The notes: generated by a model not told the origin, from the sequence alone. 64,000 nt of DNA from Octopus sinensis (GCF_006345805.1 NC_043007.1:75392001-75456000); one strand, 5' to 3'. Positions 1 to 12,615 are shown, counted from the first letter of the stretch. Numbers and translations are program-made.

Positions 1-1182
1 GCTCCAATCTGATCTGGCAGAGTTTCTACAGCTGGATGCCCTTCCTAACACCAACCACTCCGAGAGTGTAGTGGATGCTTTTATGTGCATGCTTGCTGCT
101 GTTCTCTATTTTAATTAGAATTCATAGGTGATTGAGAAGGCCTTGATGTGTTCTGCGTACTAAAATTTGGTGCTTCCATATGTTGTTAGTTCAAATAGCA
201 TATATATATTATTAATCTCTACTATGCTACTGAGTGTTCTTTTTTTCTTTTTGGTTTTGCCAACACTTAACTTATACATAATGTCTGATTTACAGCAATT
301 TTAATGTGTAGCTGAAAATCTCCTTTTCTAAAATTAGATGCTTATTTGGTCTAAACCTAAATGCCTCTGTCCTCATTGGTGTGTAATTCGCAAAAGTATC
401 TATGCTGGTGCCACATTAAAAGGCACTCGTGCTGGTGCCATGTATAAAGTTCCCATGCTGTTGCCACATATAAAGCACTGCTGTTAGTGTCATGTAAAAA
501 GCACCAGTACACTCTGTAAAGTGGTTGGTGTTAGGAAGATCATTCAGCCAAAGAAACCATGTCAAGAGAAACAATTGGAGCTTGGTGTGGCTCTGTAGCT
601 TGCCAGCTCCTGTTAAACTGTCCAACCCATACCAGCATGGGATGTTAAATGATTATGATGGATGATTAAGTATGATATTTATTGCTCACTAGTCTGATCT
701 TGTATAGGAATAAGGAAAAATATTTAGTGTGGCAATGCAACAAACTCACACTTGATTATCAAAATTAGTGTCAATCAGAACTGCTATGTAAACTGTTGAT
801 ATTTCAGGGAAATTTAAGGCAGTGAGCTGGCAGAATCGTTTGTGCACAGGGCAAAATGCTGAGCAGCTTCTCATCTGTCTTAACACTGAGTTTAAATTCT
901 GCTGAGGTCAACTTTGCCTTTCATCTTTCCAAGTATCAGTTGAGCATTGAGGTTGATGTAATTGACTTACCCACTTACCTTGCCTTTGTGCCTAAATTTG
1001 AAACTGATATTTCAAAATTTAAATATGCTGCAACAGAATCGTTCCAGCACACGATCTCAGATCAGATCACTTGCTATGCAAGTACATCTCCGAGAATCAG
1101 TTAGTTTTCTTTTTTTTTTCTTGTTAATAAAATTTATTCTAAATTATAAAACTTTCTAATTTAGTATTTCTTTTCTTCTCAG

Positions 1183-1329
1183 GCCTATACGGTTTTGGGT
1201 CAATTCCTAGTTCTAAACAAAGATGAGAAATTGTTTAAAGATTGGCTCACAAGCAGTATTCATGCCAGTCAAGAGCAGAGTGAACAATGCTACAATTGGC
1301 TGAAGATGCACTGTGATCATTGTCTATGA
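1183..1329 (+). CDS. BANF1-like: Barrier-to-autointegration factor (BAF)-like protein, terminal coding exon (upstream exon(s) outside window)
   Basis: Polypyrimidine tract + ag at 1181-1182, then AYTVLGQFLVLNKDEKLFKDWLTSSIHASQEQSEQCYNWLKMHCDHCL*. Same length (48 aa) as human BAF 42-89 as recalled, 25/48 identical by hand alignment, starting at the FDK|AY intron position. Not in the supplied ORF track. Confidence 0.9.
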   Translation, partial: AYTVLGQFLVLNKDEKLFKDWLTSSIHASQEQSEQCYNWLKMHCDHCL

Positions 1330-1376
1330 TTGTTTTTACAGATTTCGTTAAATGACAATAGATTTTTAAGAAATAC

Positions 1377-1396
1377 AATAAACGTATTTGAATAAA
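1377..1396 (+). promoter_or_regulatory. Candidate polyadenylation signals (two AATAAA) of the BAF-like gene
   Basis: AATAAA at 1377-1382 and 1391-1396, about 50-65 nt after the stop, followed by T/GT-rich sequence. Confidence 0.55.
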
Positions 1397-1447
1397 TTCT
1401 ATTTATGATTAAATTGTTTGGTTTCTTTGTGTAATTTTAGAAATCTA

Positions 1448-1626
1448 TCCATTTAGCATTTAAACCAGCAATAGCCAGCCTCTCACACCTACCCAATAAT
1501 GTCATTATAAAAATTAACAATCACCTCATCGAAATCTTGAAGGTACAAGGTAATGCATGAATAAATCGAAACAATATGAATAAATAAGCATTCATTGGAT
1601 AGAGTAATTAGAATGCTAAGGAGTTA
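1448..1626. mobile_element. piggyBac-like MITE (degenerate)
   Basis: Ends ccatttagcatt ... aatgctaaggagttag; internal sequence similar to 7074-7270. Confidence 0.5.
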
Positions 1627-1927
1627 GTTAAGCTGGTTGGAAATCATAGGAATGACCTTGGATACCAAGTATTAACAGAAGAAATAGCAGATGAAGTTCT
1701 TGTTGATGTTAGCAAAGGTGAGGATGATGAAGACAATGGACCATTACCTAAAAAGGCCATACTCTTTGGTCAAGTCACATATTGTCTTGTCATCAGAAAC
1801 GGATGTTCAGTAATATTATAAACATCTTAGAGCAGGCCTGGCCAGCCAACTCGAATTACATTGCGGGCCACTTTAATCATAGAAAGTTTTTTGAGGGCTG
1901 CTTGCATACCGACGAAATTGAAAGCAA

Positions 1928-2160
1928 GGTGGTGAGCTGGCAAAATCGTTAGCATGTCGGGCGAAATGCTTAGCGGTATTTCGTCTGCTGCTATGTTCTG
2001 AGTTCAAATTTTGCCAAGGTCGACTTTGCCTTTCATTCTTTCGGGGTCGATAAATTAAGTAACAGTTATGCACTGGGGTCGATGTATTCGACTTAATCCC
2101 TTTGTCTGTCCTTGTTTGTCCCCTCTATGTTTAGCCCCTTGTGGGCAATAAAAAAATAAG
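1928..2160 (+). mobile_element. tRNA-derived SINE, family B (ggcgagctggcagaaacgttagc...)
   Basis: tRNA-like head (gagttcaaat B box), central gtcgactttgcctttcatcc...ggggtcgata block, A-rich tail; at least 8 similar copies in the window. Confidence 0.85.
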
Positions 2161-2230
2161 AACTGAAAGCATTTTGCTTTCACATGCTATTATTATGTTT
2201 TCTTATGAATTCCAATTTGAAGGTCAGTCA

Positions 2231-2600
2231 TACTCTTTTACTTGTTTCAGTCATTTGACTGGCCATGCTGGAGCACTGCCTTTAGTTGAGCAAATCGACC
2301 CCAGGACTTATTCTTTGTAAGCCTAGTACTTATTCTATCAGTCTCTTTTGCTGAACTGCTAAGTTACAGGGATGTAAACACACCAGCATCGGTTGTCAAG
2401 CGATGTTGGGGGGACAAACACAGACACACACATACATACGACGGGCTTCTTTCAGTTTCCGTCAACCAAATCCACTCACAAGGCTTTGGTTGGCCCGAGG
2501 CTATAGTAGAAGACACTTGCCCAAGGTACTATGCAGTGGGACTGAACGCGGAACCATGTGGTTGGTAAGCAAGCTACTTACCACACAGCCACTCCTATGC
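2231..2600 (-). mobile_element. tRNA-derived SINE, family A (ggcgcaggagtggctgtgtggtaag...)
   Basis: Near-identical to 3679-4067 (-) and 11934-12326 (+); tRNA-like head, internal CA/TA microsatellite, tail ...aaacaagtaaaagagta. Confidence 0.88.
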
Positions 2601-2729
2601 CTATTTAACCAAAATTAAATAAACTTTCCACTGGACAGACAGCTAAATATTACTCTATTTGCTGTCTACAAACTGGAAACTAGTACTTGATTCATTTTCT
2701 GATAAGCTGATTAACATTAAATACAGAGA

Positions 2730-2902
2730 GCAGTAATTCTCAACTTTTTTAATATTTTTAATATTTGGGCCAGATCCAAAACCTGGATTTTATTTCTTTT
2801 GGTGGGGGGCACCCCCAAAAAATAGTAAAATGCAAGTCAATTGAAGAAAAATTTATATTTATAGAGGTAAGACTGGTGGAGACTGCATGTTGAGAACAGC
2901 TG
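2730..2902. mobile_element. hAT-type MITE
   Basis: Termini cagtaattctcaac ... gttgagaacagctg (CAG...TTCTCAAC-type TIR). Confidence 0.45.
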
Positions 2903-3026
2903 ATACAGAGCTTTAAAGCACTTCTTCCCACATCTACAGGAACTAACTAATTATTTAGCAACTGTGGTTTAAAATATTTTAAAGAGTTCTGTATCAATAA
3001 TTAATGACTATATTGTTTAACGTGGA

Positions 3027-3252
3027 TTAGTGGTTAGGGTGTCAGCATCATGATCGTAAAATTGTGGTTTCGATTCCTGGACCAGGCAATGCGTAGTGTT
3101 CTTGAGCAAAACACTTCATTTCACATTGCTCCAGTCCACTCAAATGGCAAAAATGAGTAACGTTGTGATGGACTGGCGTCCCGTCTAGCTGGGGAACACA
3201 CACGCCATTGAAACCAGGCCCATGAGCCTGGCTAGGCTTTAAAAGGGTGCAT
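3027..3252 (+). mobile_element. tRNA-derived SINE, family C variant
   Basis: tagtggttagggtg...ggtttcgattcc head, then ttcttgagcaaaacacttcatttcac..ttgctccagtccactc core; related older copy at 4870-5040 (-). Confidence 0.75.
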
Positions 3253-3313
3253 TTTTAAAAATATTGTTTAACAGGCAAAAATACAACATATACAGAAATA
3301 TTGTTTTGAATAT

Positions 3314-3319
3314 TTTATT
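3314..3319 (-). promoter_or_regulatory. Candidate polyadenylation signal of EIF4A3
   Basis: TTTATT on + (AATAAA on -), about 155 nt downstream of the EIF4A3 stop codon. Confidence 0.5.
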
Positions 3320-3473
3320 GAGATTTAGAGAGAAATGTTTTTACAATGAAGTGAATAGAAATTAACATTAAAAATACAAAGCATAAGTTTGGAAAAAAAA
3401 AAAAACTTCTTGTGTTCATAATGAAGAAAAGATGTATGAAATGTCCAGTTACTGAAGTAATGCTGGAAATTGA

Positions 3474-3490
3474 TCAGATAAGATCAGCCA
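3474..3490 (-). CDS. EIF4A3: eIF4A-III last coding exon (V)ADLI*
   Basis: Minus strand tctctttctctcttttatag|TG GCT GAT CTT ATC TGA; completes the canonical MPMNVADLI* terminus in frame with the previous exon. Confidence 0.9.
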
Positions 3491-3678
3491 CTATAAAAGA
3501 GAGAAAGAGAAACCATTTTAATACTTGTTTATGACAATTATTCACAAATACATCTAACAAATTATATTAGTTTGAAACTCACATCGATATTTAAACTTAC
3601 CTTTTTAGATATGGGTTATGAGTTACCTACCATTGTATGTTTTAACAGATAAGCATGGAAGGTGGATGTTAAACAATA

Positions 3679-4067
3679 TACTCTTTACTCTTTTACTTGT
3701 TTCAGTCATTTGACTGTGGCCATGCTGGAGTACCGCCTTTAGTCGAGCAAATCGACCCCGGGACTTATTCTTTGTAAGCCCAGTACTTATTCTATCGGTC
3801 TCTTTTGCCGAACCGCTAAGTTACGGGGACGTAAACACACCAGCATCAGTTGTCAATCAAACAGTCACACAAACACATACACACACACTTATATATATAC
3901 ATATATACGACAGGCTTCTTTCAGTTTCCGTCTACCAAATCCACTCACAAGGCATTGGTCGGCCCGGGGCTATAGCAGAAGACACTTGCCCAAGATGCCA
4001 CGCAGTGGGACTGAACCCGGAACCATGTGGTTGGTTAGCAAGCTACTTACCACACAGCCACTCCTGC
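3679..4067 (-). mobile_element. tRNA-derived SINE, family A
   Basis: Full-length copy in the last EIF4A3 intron. Confidence 0.9.
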
Positions 4068-5173
4068 ATATTTATTATTCTCATGTTTAATAGATTTTTT
4101 TCTAAAATATAAATAATACAACATAGTAATCTAGAACAATCCAACAGCAATGATATGTCAAGCCTCCCAAATGACAAGGTCTCAACTGATCAAACATCAA
4201 GATAAACCTTGTGTCTTTATTCATTTTATTGCTATACTGATTTATGGTCATAAATGAAAATAATATTAAATAAAAACATGGGAAAAGAAAAGTTTTAAAA
4301 TGATCAAAATTACATAAAGCAGTTTTGAATGAAATATATTTGTGTCATGTCATATTTAACACATTTGAGTACATTCAAACATGAGAAGACCTACCACTGG
4401 AAATAGTCTCAAAAGAAAATTTTCTTCCTAACACCAGAATGTACTAGGTGCTATTTATGTGACGCTAGCACAGGTGCATTTTACGTGGATTGCTCTTTAC
4501 ATGGTGAGTAGAACAGCACATGGTATGTTCACTGGTGTAAAGCTTGGTCAAACTAGAATTACTTAAATATTGTTGCATGCAGCAGTGTTGAATAAAATAT
4601 ATTCATGTAAAGTCTTAATAAACATGTTCAAGTGCTAAACAAATATTTTATCAAAACTATTAATTAAAGACGATGGATAATGATCTTGACTTTTGGCTTA
4701 AGATGACAATTATTGGGGAAACTCTATTGTAAATTAAAATAATCTTGAACTATTCTTATTTTACTAACCACAGAAAGATAAAATGTAATGGGATTTGATC
4801 AAAGGAAACTAGAGACATGAGTTACAAGGTAAATGATGATGTAGTGTATAAGTGATCAAGATCATAGGATTTCCCTTGAATGGGACACCAGTCCATCATG
4901 GTTTTTCATTCACAGCTGAGTGGACTGGAGCAATATGAAATGAAGTGTTTTACTCAAGAACACAATGCATTGCCTGGTCCAGAGATCGAAACCATGATAC
5001 TGCAATCATGAGTGCAACACCCTAACCACCGGGCCACATGCACCTTCTCTAAGACAAAGAGCTGATAGTTAAATCAACACTTTATAAGTTCTACCAAATA
5101 CTCACTAAAGCTTTCAATATCAGACTAGATTAAAATAGGAAGAAAAAACAAAAAGAAAAGAAAGAAAGCTTAC

Positions 5174-5301
5174 CATTCATTGGCATTTCATCTATCTGAG
5201 TAGAATAGTACTGTTCTATATCTCGCAAGATACGGATATCATCATTTTTCACAAAGTTGATGGCAACACCTTTTCGCCCAAATCTACCAGAACGTCCAAT
5301 C
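5174..5301 (-). CDS. EIF4A3: eIF4A-III exon (R)[42 protein letters not shown]
   Basis: 128 nt, tag|...|gtaagc; helicase motif VI (HRIGRSGR). Confidence 0.97.
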
Positions 5302-6791
5302 CTAGAAATGCACAGTAAATTAACAGTAGAAATTAATTCAGACCAACTTACAAGGAATGTGTGTTACAGAGATGTACACATAAAAGCCGAGCTATCATAG
5401 ACAAATAAGTGCTAACGTGATGATAGTGATTATCAATTTGTTGGACTTATGAACTTGATGGGTGATACATGTTACTAAAAAGTAAAGAAAAATTCAGTTC
5501 TTGGCTATATGAAACTAATGGAATATAAATAGTCAAGTCCCTCTTTGTCAACACCAGGGGACCCTCATCAACAGAACACTAGTTCTCATCAATGTTTTAT
5601 CTATTTAAATACAGTTATGAAAAATTCAATACAGAACAAGTTGTAGGTAGGACAACCCTTAACAGACTGACACAGGAGTTATAGAAATGAGGAATACAGT
5701 AATCTAGTATATATAAATCACAGTATGTGTATGTTTATTGACTAACGCATACATTTCCACAATTCTCAACTGATTCTCACCAAACTTTATATGCACATTA
5801 CTTATGTGTCAAGGTTGGTCATGCACTATAACATTTTGCCCAGAGCTCCTGCGTAAATAGACAAACTGGGAAAAATGGTGGTTTACATGGGTTTTTCTTT
5901 AATTCATTGTATGTACATAGTTTATTTTGTATGTAGGGTCTCCTATACTTTTATAATCTATATGGTAGTATTTTGGCATTAGAGGATATTTTTTTATTTA
6001 TTATTTATATGTAACTGTGTATTATTACTTTCTATATTTTTTTATATGTGTATATTGTTTGAGGGTTTTGGTTAGAGAATATTAGAAAAGTGAAAGGATT
6101 TTCTCAATTTAGACCGTTTTCCATACTTTTTTTTTTTTATCTATATGGTCGTATTTTGCATTACAGAATATTTTTAGTTGTTTTCACATATTTTTGATTT
6201 ATTATTTATTTATATGTTAAACCGTTCATAGGACGGGTGTGTTTGCTAGTACATATATTTTTATATATGTACTAAGCCACAAAGGAAAACATCCTCTTAA
6301 GATGTCTCTATCAAGACATTGACTAGATTCAAACACAACAGACCAAACTAATTTTCCAGCAAAAGATAGGAACTGAAATATTTATTATTGTAAAAGATGG
6401 TCAACCAGCAGGCATAACATTTGGGGGTAGGGGTGGAGACTACAAAAGGCAGAATCTGGACTATTAATGGGAAGATTACAGTTCCACAATCCTTATTATA
6501 ACTTAATATGTTCTTACATTAATTAAACAATATTTCATTATTAACAATCTGTCAGAAGTGCAAATATGCAAATTAAGCTATTCATTATGGTAACAGTGTG
6601 ATTTTAGCTGCTGACTGGAGAAAGAAATTGAGATACATTTTTGAGGAGCAGCCGACAATATAGAGACATTCCTTCTGTGTTTTTGATGAATGCATTAAAA
6701 GAACAGAAGGAATATGTTTACAATTTTATGATTTTCTCTCACAGCTAAGGCTTTCCAATATTTACATTTATTTCAGCCCTTCGAGAGAGAG

Positions 6792-6823
<32 letters not shown>

Positions 6824-7073
6824 CATGCATGTATTTTTGCTTCCAGTGTTACCAAAATAGTTTCAATGTCCAGTTAAACATGCCAAACAGCTGCACCTAA
6901 TCATTTCATTCCACATAAAGTGCACAGGAATATGCACATATATCTGCATATCAGCATGCACACATGTACATATTGATAGACTATTAACTATTGTTGTCTA
7001 AAATTAAGGAGTGTTAGCTATCAGAATACAGTATGCAATTTTTTGAGTAGCTTCTGTTATGGAAATGTATTAA

Positions 7074-7270
7074 TCCTTTGACACTTAAACTGGCCACATC
7101 AGACCCAAACATTCTACTGGTTTTGCGTTCAAACGACCAGATCAAGCCTCTCACAATTGCTCATCAATGTCATTCCAAAAATAAACAAATGCATCATCAA
7201 TATCTCGAAACTACAAGATAATGATGCATTCAAAACAATGTGAACAAATAAGCATTACAGTTGATAGAGT
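7074..7270. mobile_element. piggyBac-like MITE (truncated), abutting an EIF4A3 donor site
   Basis: ttaa|tcctttgacac start; body similar to 1448-1626. Confidence 0.45.
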
Positions 7271-7273
7271 TAC

Positions 7274-7381
7274 CTGTGTATATACAATTCACGATTGTTT
7301 GGTAAATCATAGTTTATTACGAGTGATACCTGTTGGACATCAATACCTCGGGCCCACACATCTGTTGTTATGAGAACACGA
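7274..7381 (-). CDS. EIF4A3: eIF4A-III exon (S)[35 protein letters not shown]
   Basis: 108 nt, tag|...|gtaact; motif V (ARGID) and the eIF4A3-type TDVW and LPNNRE signatures. Confidence 0.97.
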
Positions 7382-7514
7382 CTAATAATAATAAAAAAAG
7401 AAAAAAGTTAAAAACTCATTGTCAAAAAAAAAAAAATCAACAAAACTATTTTCCAATAAATACAAAAACACGAGCAACTCTTAAATTCTTGGAGTAGTTT
7501 CCATGTATAAATCT

Positions 7515-7752
7515 CCCATTCTTATTTCTTTATTGCCCACAGGGGGCTAATCATAGAGGGGACAAACAAGGACAGACAAAGGTATTAAATCGATTACATC
7601 GACCCCAGTGCGTAACTGGTACTTAATTTATCGACCCTGAAAGGACGAAAGGCAAAGTTGACCGCAGCGAAATTTGAACTCAGAACATAACAGCAGACAA
7701 AATACCGCTAAGCATTTCGCTCAGTGTCCTAACGTTTCTGCCAGCTCACCTT
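7515..7752 (-). mobile_element. SINE family B
   Basis: Reverse complement of the 1928-2160 type. Confidence 0.85.
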
Positions 7753-8036
7753 AAATCTCCCGTTCTTGACAGAAACTAGATTTCAATGATAGACTGTAAC
7801 TAATTCTTTTATCTTCTTTTACTTGTTTTGGTCATTTGGCGGTGCCGCCAAGCTGGGGCACCAGCTCAAAGAACTTTTAGTCAAATGAATTGACCCCAGT
7901 CTGGTACTCATGTCATCAGCCTCTCTCACTGAAAAGCCAAGTTATGGTGAGGTAAACACACCAACATCAGTTGTCAAGTGGTGGTAGCAGACAGACACAG
8001 ACACACATTATACATATATAAATAAAAAATGATAAA

Positions 8037-8312
8037 CATCGCCCTTTTCAAGCCTAGCCAGGCTCATGTGCCGGTTTCTGTGGCCTATGTGTCTCCCCCA
8101 GCTGGACAGGACGCCAGTCCATTGCGGCATTATTCAAGAAACAGGAAGAGAGAGTGAGAGAAAGTTGTGGTGAAAGAGTACAACAGGGGTCGCCACCACC
8201 CCCTGCCGGAGCCTCGTAGAGCTTTTAGGTGTTTTCGCTCAATAAACGCACACTGCGAATCGAAACCGCGATCCTCCAACTGCGAGTTCGCTGCCCTAAC
8301 CACTGGGCCATT
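8037..8312 (-). mobile_element. tRNA-derived SINE, family D
   Basis: Minus head ggcccagtggttagggcagcg...ggtttcgattcgc; shares body with 44815-45060. Confidence 0.75.
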
Positions 8313-8328
8313 ACACCTCCACTTTATA

Positions 8329-8369
<41 letters not shown>

Positions 8370-8777
8370 GATAGGCTTCTTTCAGTTTCCATCTACCAAA
8401 TCAACTCACAAGGCATTGGCTGGTCAAAGGCTATGGTAGAAGACACTTGCCAAAGGTGTCACACAGTGGTTTATGGCCACATCTGCACCTATTCAGTGTG
8501 AAGATCATAGAAAAACATGACTATTGCATAATTTCGGATGAAATCTGCAGATATGATACAATTGTTAGTGTACATTGTACAGACTTAAAACAATTTCATT
8601 CACTCTGTACTAACAAAAGTACAGGATTGGCTGTGCGGGTATAGAGTTTGCTTAGTAGCTATATGGTCTCAAGCTCCATCTCAATGCACCTTGGGCAAGT
8701 GTCTTCATCTGCAGTCTAAGAAATATTTTTTTTCTTGATTGTAGCAGATCAGAAAACATTTCCAATCAAAGACTTAC

Positions 8778-8893
8778 CTAGCTCCTGAACGAAATTCCTT
8801 CATAATGTCGTCTCTGTCTTTTTGTTGCATGTCACCGTGCATTGAGGAAACTGTGAAATTGGCTTCTCTCATTTTCTCAGTTAACCAGTCAAC
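8778..8893 (-). CDS. EIF4A3: eIF4A-III exon [38 protein letters not shown]
   Basis: 116 nt, ttttcag|...|gtaagt; in frame with both neighbouring exons. Confidence 0.97.
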
Positions 8894-9864
8894 CTGAAAA
8901 TTAATCCAAATATAATACATTGAGCTAAAATCAGAAAACGGTACTTAAAATCCTTAACTCCAATCTTAATGAAATTATCTTTGTTCCACAAGTTATTTTT
9001 CATTTAGGGTTTCATCTTATTCGACATGAAAAGATGTTGCTTTTGGTCAAAACTTTAATAATAAAGAAACTAAATGATAATAGATTTCAGTAAGTAACTA
9101 CTGAACTTGCTTTAATTTGAGACCCAAACAACTATGTTAACCTTATCATACTGAGTTCCCAGCATAGCAGGAATAGCTTAAATGTAATCTCTACTAGATT
9201 CCTGTTAAAGTAGTAATGAACAACATACATAGAAAATAGATAAAATGCTTAAAATAGACAACCAATCACATTGCAGCTTTGTAGTCAAGTGTTTTTAACG
9301 ACTCATTCTTAACGACGTCCCCCATAGCTGTTGTTTATTTTCGTTTGCAGTAAAAATTTAAAATGCAATTATTTCATGATGAAACAAGCATGTAATGGAA
9401 CCCAGCACTTTGTCCGGTAAACAAACAAGGCCTTTACTGTTGAGTAAATTATTGAAGATATTTATTCTTTGGACAAAAAGTTTACCCTTATGCAGGCAAT
9501 GAGAGTGATTTAAACAATCAAACTGATGACAGAGATGAGGAAAGTAATGATTCGAGTGAATAAATATGGTTGTTGAGAGATAAGCCTATTATTGTTATAC
9601 TCCTGAATTTTTTTGTGAATCTGTCCATTTGTTTGACTATAACCGTTACTCTTGAGCAGTGTATGCAATTATGAATTTTTTTGCTCAGGTGTCCAGTGTA
9701 AGCAATTATTAATTTTTTTTGCTCAGGTGAAGTTAGATACAAGGGTCCAGGTCTAAGAGGGTTAACAATTTTTTCCACGAGCCTCATAAGGCCAGTTACC
9801 CAGTTTCCATGAGGTCTAAATAACTGAGATCACAACATTCTGAACAGGGCACCAGTCTGTTGTA

Positions 9865-10215
9865 AGGTTCATCATCATCGTTTAATGTCTGTTTTCCATG
9901 CTAGCATGTGTTGGACAGTTCGACCAGGGTCTGGGAAACCAGGAGGCTTCACCAGGCTCCAGTCTGATCTGGCAGTGTTTCTACAGCAAGATGCCCTTCC
10001 TAACACCAACCACTCCGTGAGTGTAGTGGGTGCTTTTTACGTGCCATCGGCACAGGAGCCAGGGGGGGCTGGCAACGGCCACGATCAAAGTGGCGCTGGC
10101 ATCGTCACGTTCGGATGGTGCTTTTTACGTGCCACCGGCACAGGTATCACAACTACAATTTCCATTTGATTTCTTTATGTTGATATACTTGACTCAAAAG
10201 GTCTCCTCAAGCAGT
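9865..10215 (-). mobile_element. RTE-LINE 3' tail fragment
   Basis: (cat)n + gtttaatgtctgttttccatgctagcatg..., the same 3' end as the RTE ORF-bearing copies at 16781-18185 and 25200-27125. Confidence 0.8.
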
Positions 10216-10780
10216 AATTTTGAGAGGAGGGGCAATTGGGTTCCAAACAACTCTATTGTACTATGTTTGCGGTATAACAGGAGCAACCTAAACATAGCCT
10301 AATTAGATATAATTACATCAACCCCAATACTTGGTACTTTATTTTATCAACCCTGAAGGGATGAAAGTTGGCTTCCATGGAATTTGAACTCAGACTGTAA
10401 AGAGCTAAGCATTTCACTGAACATGGTAATGAATCTGCCAGCTCACTGCTTTATCTTAATATGTTACAACATATACAAAGTTGCAGTTATATTATGTAAG
10501 ATCCCCCAATTTCTGTTTTTATTTTGAAAATTAACTGAACCATAATGGCCAGAATATTCTTGTTGGAGTAGACTCACAAAAGAGTTAAAAGAAAAAAAAA
10601 GATGTTGGAATTATCTTTTACTTGGTTCAATCATTAAACTGCAGCCATGCTGGGGCATTGCCTTGAAGATTTTTTTAGTTGAATGAACTGATTCCAATAC
10701 TTTTTTTAAAGCCAGGTACTTATTTTATCAGTCTCCTTTGCCAAGCTGCTAAGTTATGAGGACAGACACACACACACATA

Positions 10781-10998
10781 CAAGGGGGTGTGTGAAAAGT
10801 TTCTGGCTTTGGGTAAATGAAAATACAGGAGGATCAGTTTAATTATGATTTTACTCAAAATATTCCCCTCACAGATTCACACACTTATTGCAGTGGTTCT
10901 TCAGTTTTTCTAAGTCTGGTAAAAGAACTCTGGAGGCTGGGCCTCCAACCAGATCTTTCACAATACCCTTAAAGCCAGGAACTTTTCAGTACCCCTTT
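10781..10998. mobile_element. Tc1/mariner-type MITE
   Basis: ta|caagggggtgtgtgaaaagtttctggcttt ... aaagccaggaacttttcagtaccccttt imperfect ~28-30 bp TIRs. Confidence 0.7.
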
Positions 10999-11019
10999 AA
11001 TTATACACACACATATATT

Positions 11020-11234
11020 TCTTTACTACCCACAAGGGGCTAAACACAGAGGAGACAAACAAAGGGATTAAGTTGATTACATCGACCCCAGTGTGTAACT
11101 GGTACTTAATTAATCGACCCCGGAAGGATGAAAGGCAAAGTCGACCTCGGCGGAATTTGAACTCAGAACGTAACGGCAGACGAAATACGGCAACGCATTT
11201 CGCCCGGCGTGCTATCGTTTCTGCCAGCTCGACG

Positions 11235-11237
<3 letters not shown>
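11020..11237 (-). mobile_element. SINE family B
   Basis: Full copy; further copies at 14225-14443 (-), 40985-41212 (+), 41915-42142 (-), 43676-43895 (-), 43960-44160 (-). Confidence 0.85.
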
Positions 11238-11285
<48 letters not shown>

Positions 11286-11933
11286 TACATTTACCAAATC
11301 CACTCACAAGGCTTTGACCAACCTGAGGCTATACAAGCGGACACTTGCCCAAGGTGCCGCACAATGGCACAGAACCCTGAACCATATTAGTTGGGAGGCA
11401 AACATCTTCCTACACAGCCATGCCTAATAGATAATAGAACAAAATATTTTCATAGAAATATTTGTAACAATATCTAACTTAATATTACTGACATGATAAA
11501 GATTTCAATTTTGAAATGTTATTTTGTTAATATATTGAATTCAGTTTTGTTTATATATGGTAGTATATGGAAGCAGGGATGGCTGTGTGGTTAAGGAGTT
11601 TGCTTTGCAACTATGTGGTTTCAAGTTCAGTCCCATTGTACAGTAACTTGGTTAGTGTCTTCTAGAGCCCAGAGCCAACCAAAGCCTTGTGAATTTGACA
11701 GATGGAAATTGTGTGGAAGACTCATGTATATATGTGTGTGTCCTTGTGTTTGTGATCCCACCACTTGACAACCAGTGCTGTTTTTTTTTTTACATTCTTG
11801 CAACTTAGTAGTTTGGCAAAAGAGACTGATAGAATAAGTACTGGACTAGATTTGTTTGACTAATCCCTTCAAGGCAGTGTTCCAGAATGGCCAGAGTCCA
11901 ATGACTGAAACAAGTAAAAGAATTTTGAATATA

Positions 11934-12326
11934 GGCGCAGGAGTGGCTGTGTGGTAAGTAGCTTGTTTACCAACCACATAGTCCCGGGTTCAGTCCCACT
12001 GCGTGGCACCTTGGGCAAGTGTCTTCTACTATAGCCTCGGGCCGACCAAAGCCTTGTGAGTGGATTTGGTAGACGGAAACTGAAAGAAGCCCGTCGTATA
12101 TATGTATATATGCATGTGTGTGTTTGTGTGAGTGTGTTTGTCCCCCTAGCATTGCTTGACAACCGATGCTGGCATGTTTATGTCCCTGTTACTTAGCGGT
12201 TCGGCAAAAAAGACCGATAGAATAACTACTGGGCTTACAAAAGAATAAGTCCCGGGGTCGAGTTGCTCGATTAAAGGCGGTGCTCCAGCATGGCCGCAGT
12301 CAAATGACTGAAACAAGTAAAAGAGT
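11934..12326 (+). mobile_element. SINE family A
   Basis: Full-length copy, preceded by an older degenerate copy (about 11575-11920). Confidence 0.9.
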
Positions 12327-12615
12327 ATTATAAACTACATTTATCATCCATTTTCCAATCTGGATGGTTTGAAGAGAGCTGGTAAGCAGGAGGGCTGCAC
12401 CAGGTTCCAATCTGATTTGGCTTGGTTTCTACGGCTGGATGCCCTTTCTAACACCACCACTTTACAGAGTGTCCTGGATGTGTTTTACACGGCACCAGCA
12501 TGAGAGCTTCTTGTGTAGTACCAGCATGGGTCCTATTATATGACACCAAAAATTTACAACTATTTGGTGAGAAAGTAGTAACAATTCAATATAAATACAA
12601 TATTAAGTAATTTAC

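Noticed and set aside
2950-2965. Alternative EIF4A3 terminal exon (V)AK* at cag|TTGCTAAATAA on the - strand
   Set aside because: Poor polypyrimidine tract, and it lies beyond the likely poly(A) signal; the 3474-3490 exon gives the canonical VADLI*.
5338-5400. Intronic C/D-box snoRNA candidate (ATGATAG...CTGA on -)
   Set aside because: Imperfect C box, no terminal stem, and too close to the 3' splice site.
9300-9764. Spliced acidic mini-ORF (AGNESDLNNQTDDRDEESNDSSE*)
   Set aside because: Stop-interrupted and inside a repeat ending in a piggyBac-like ...agagggttaa terminus; probably a transposon relic.
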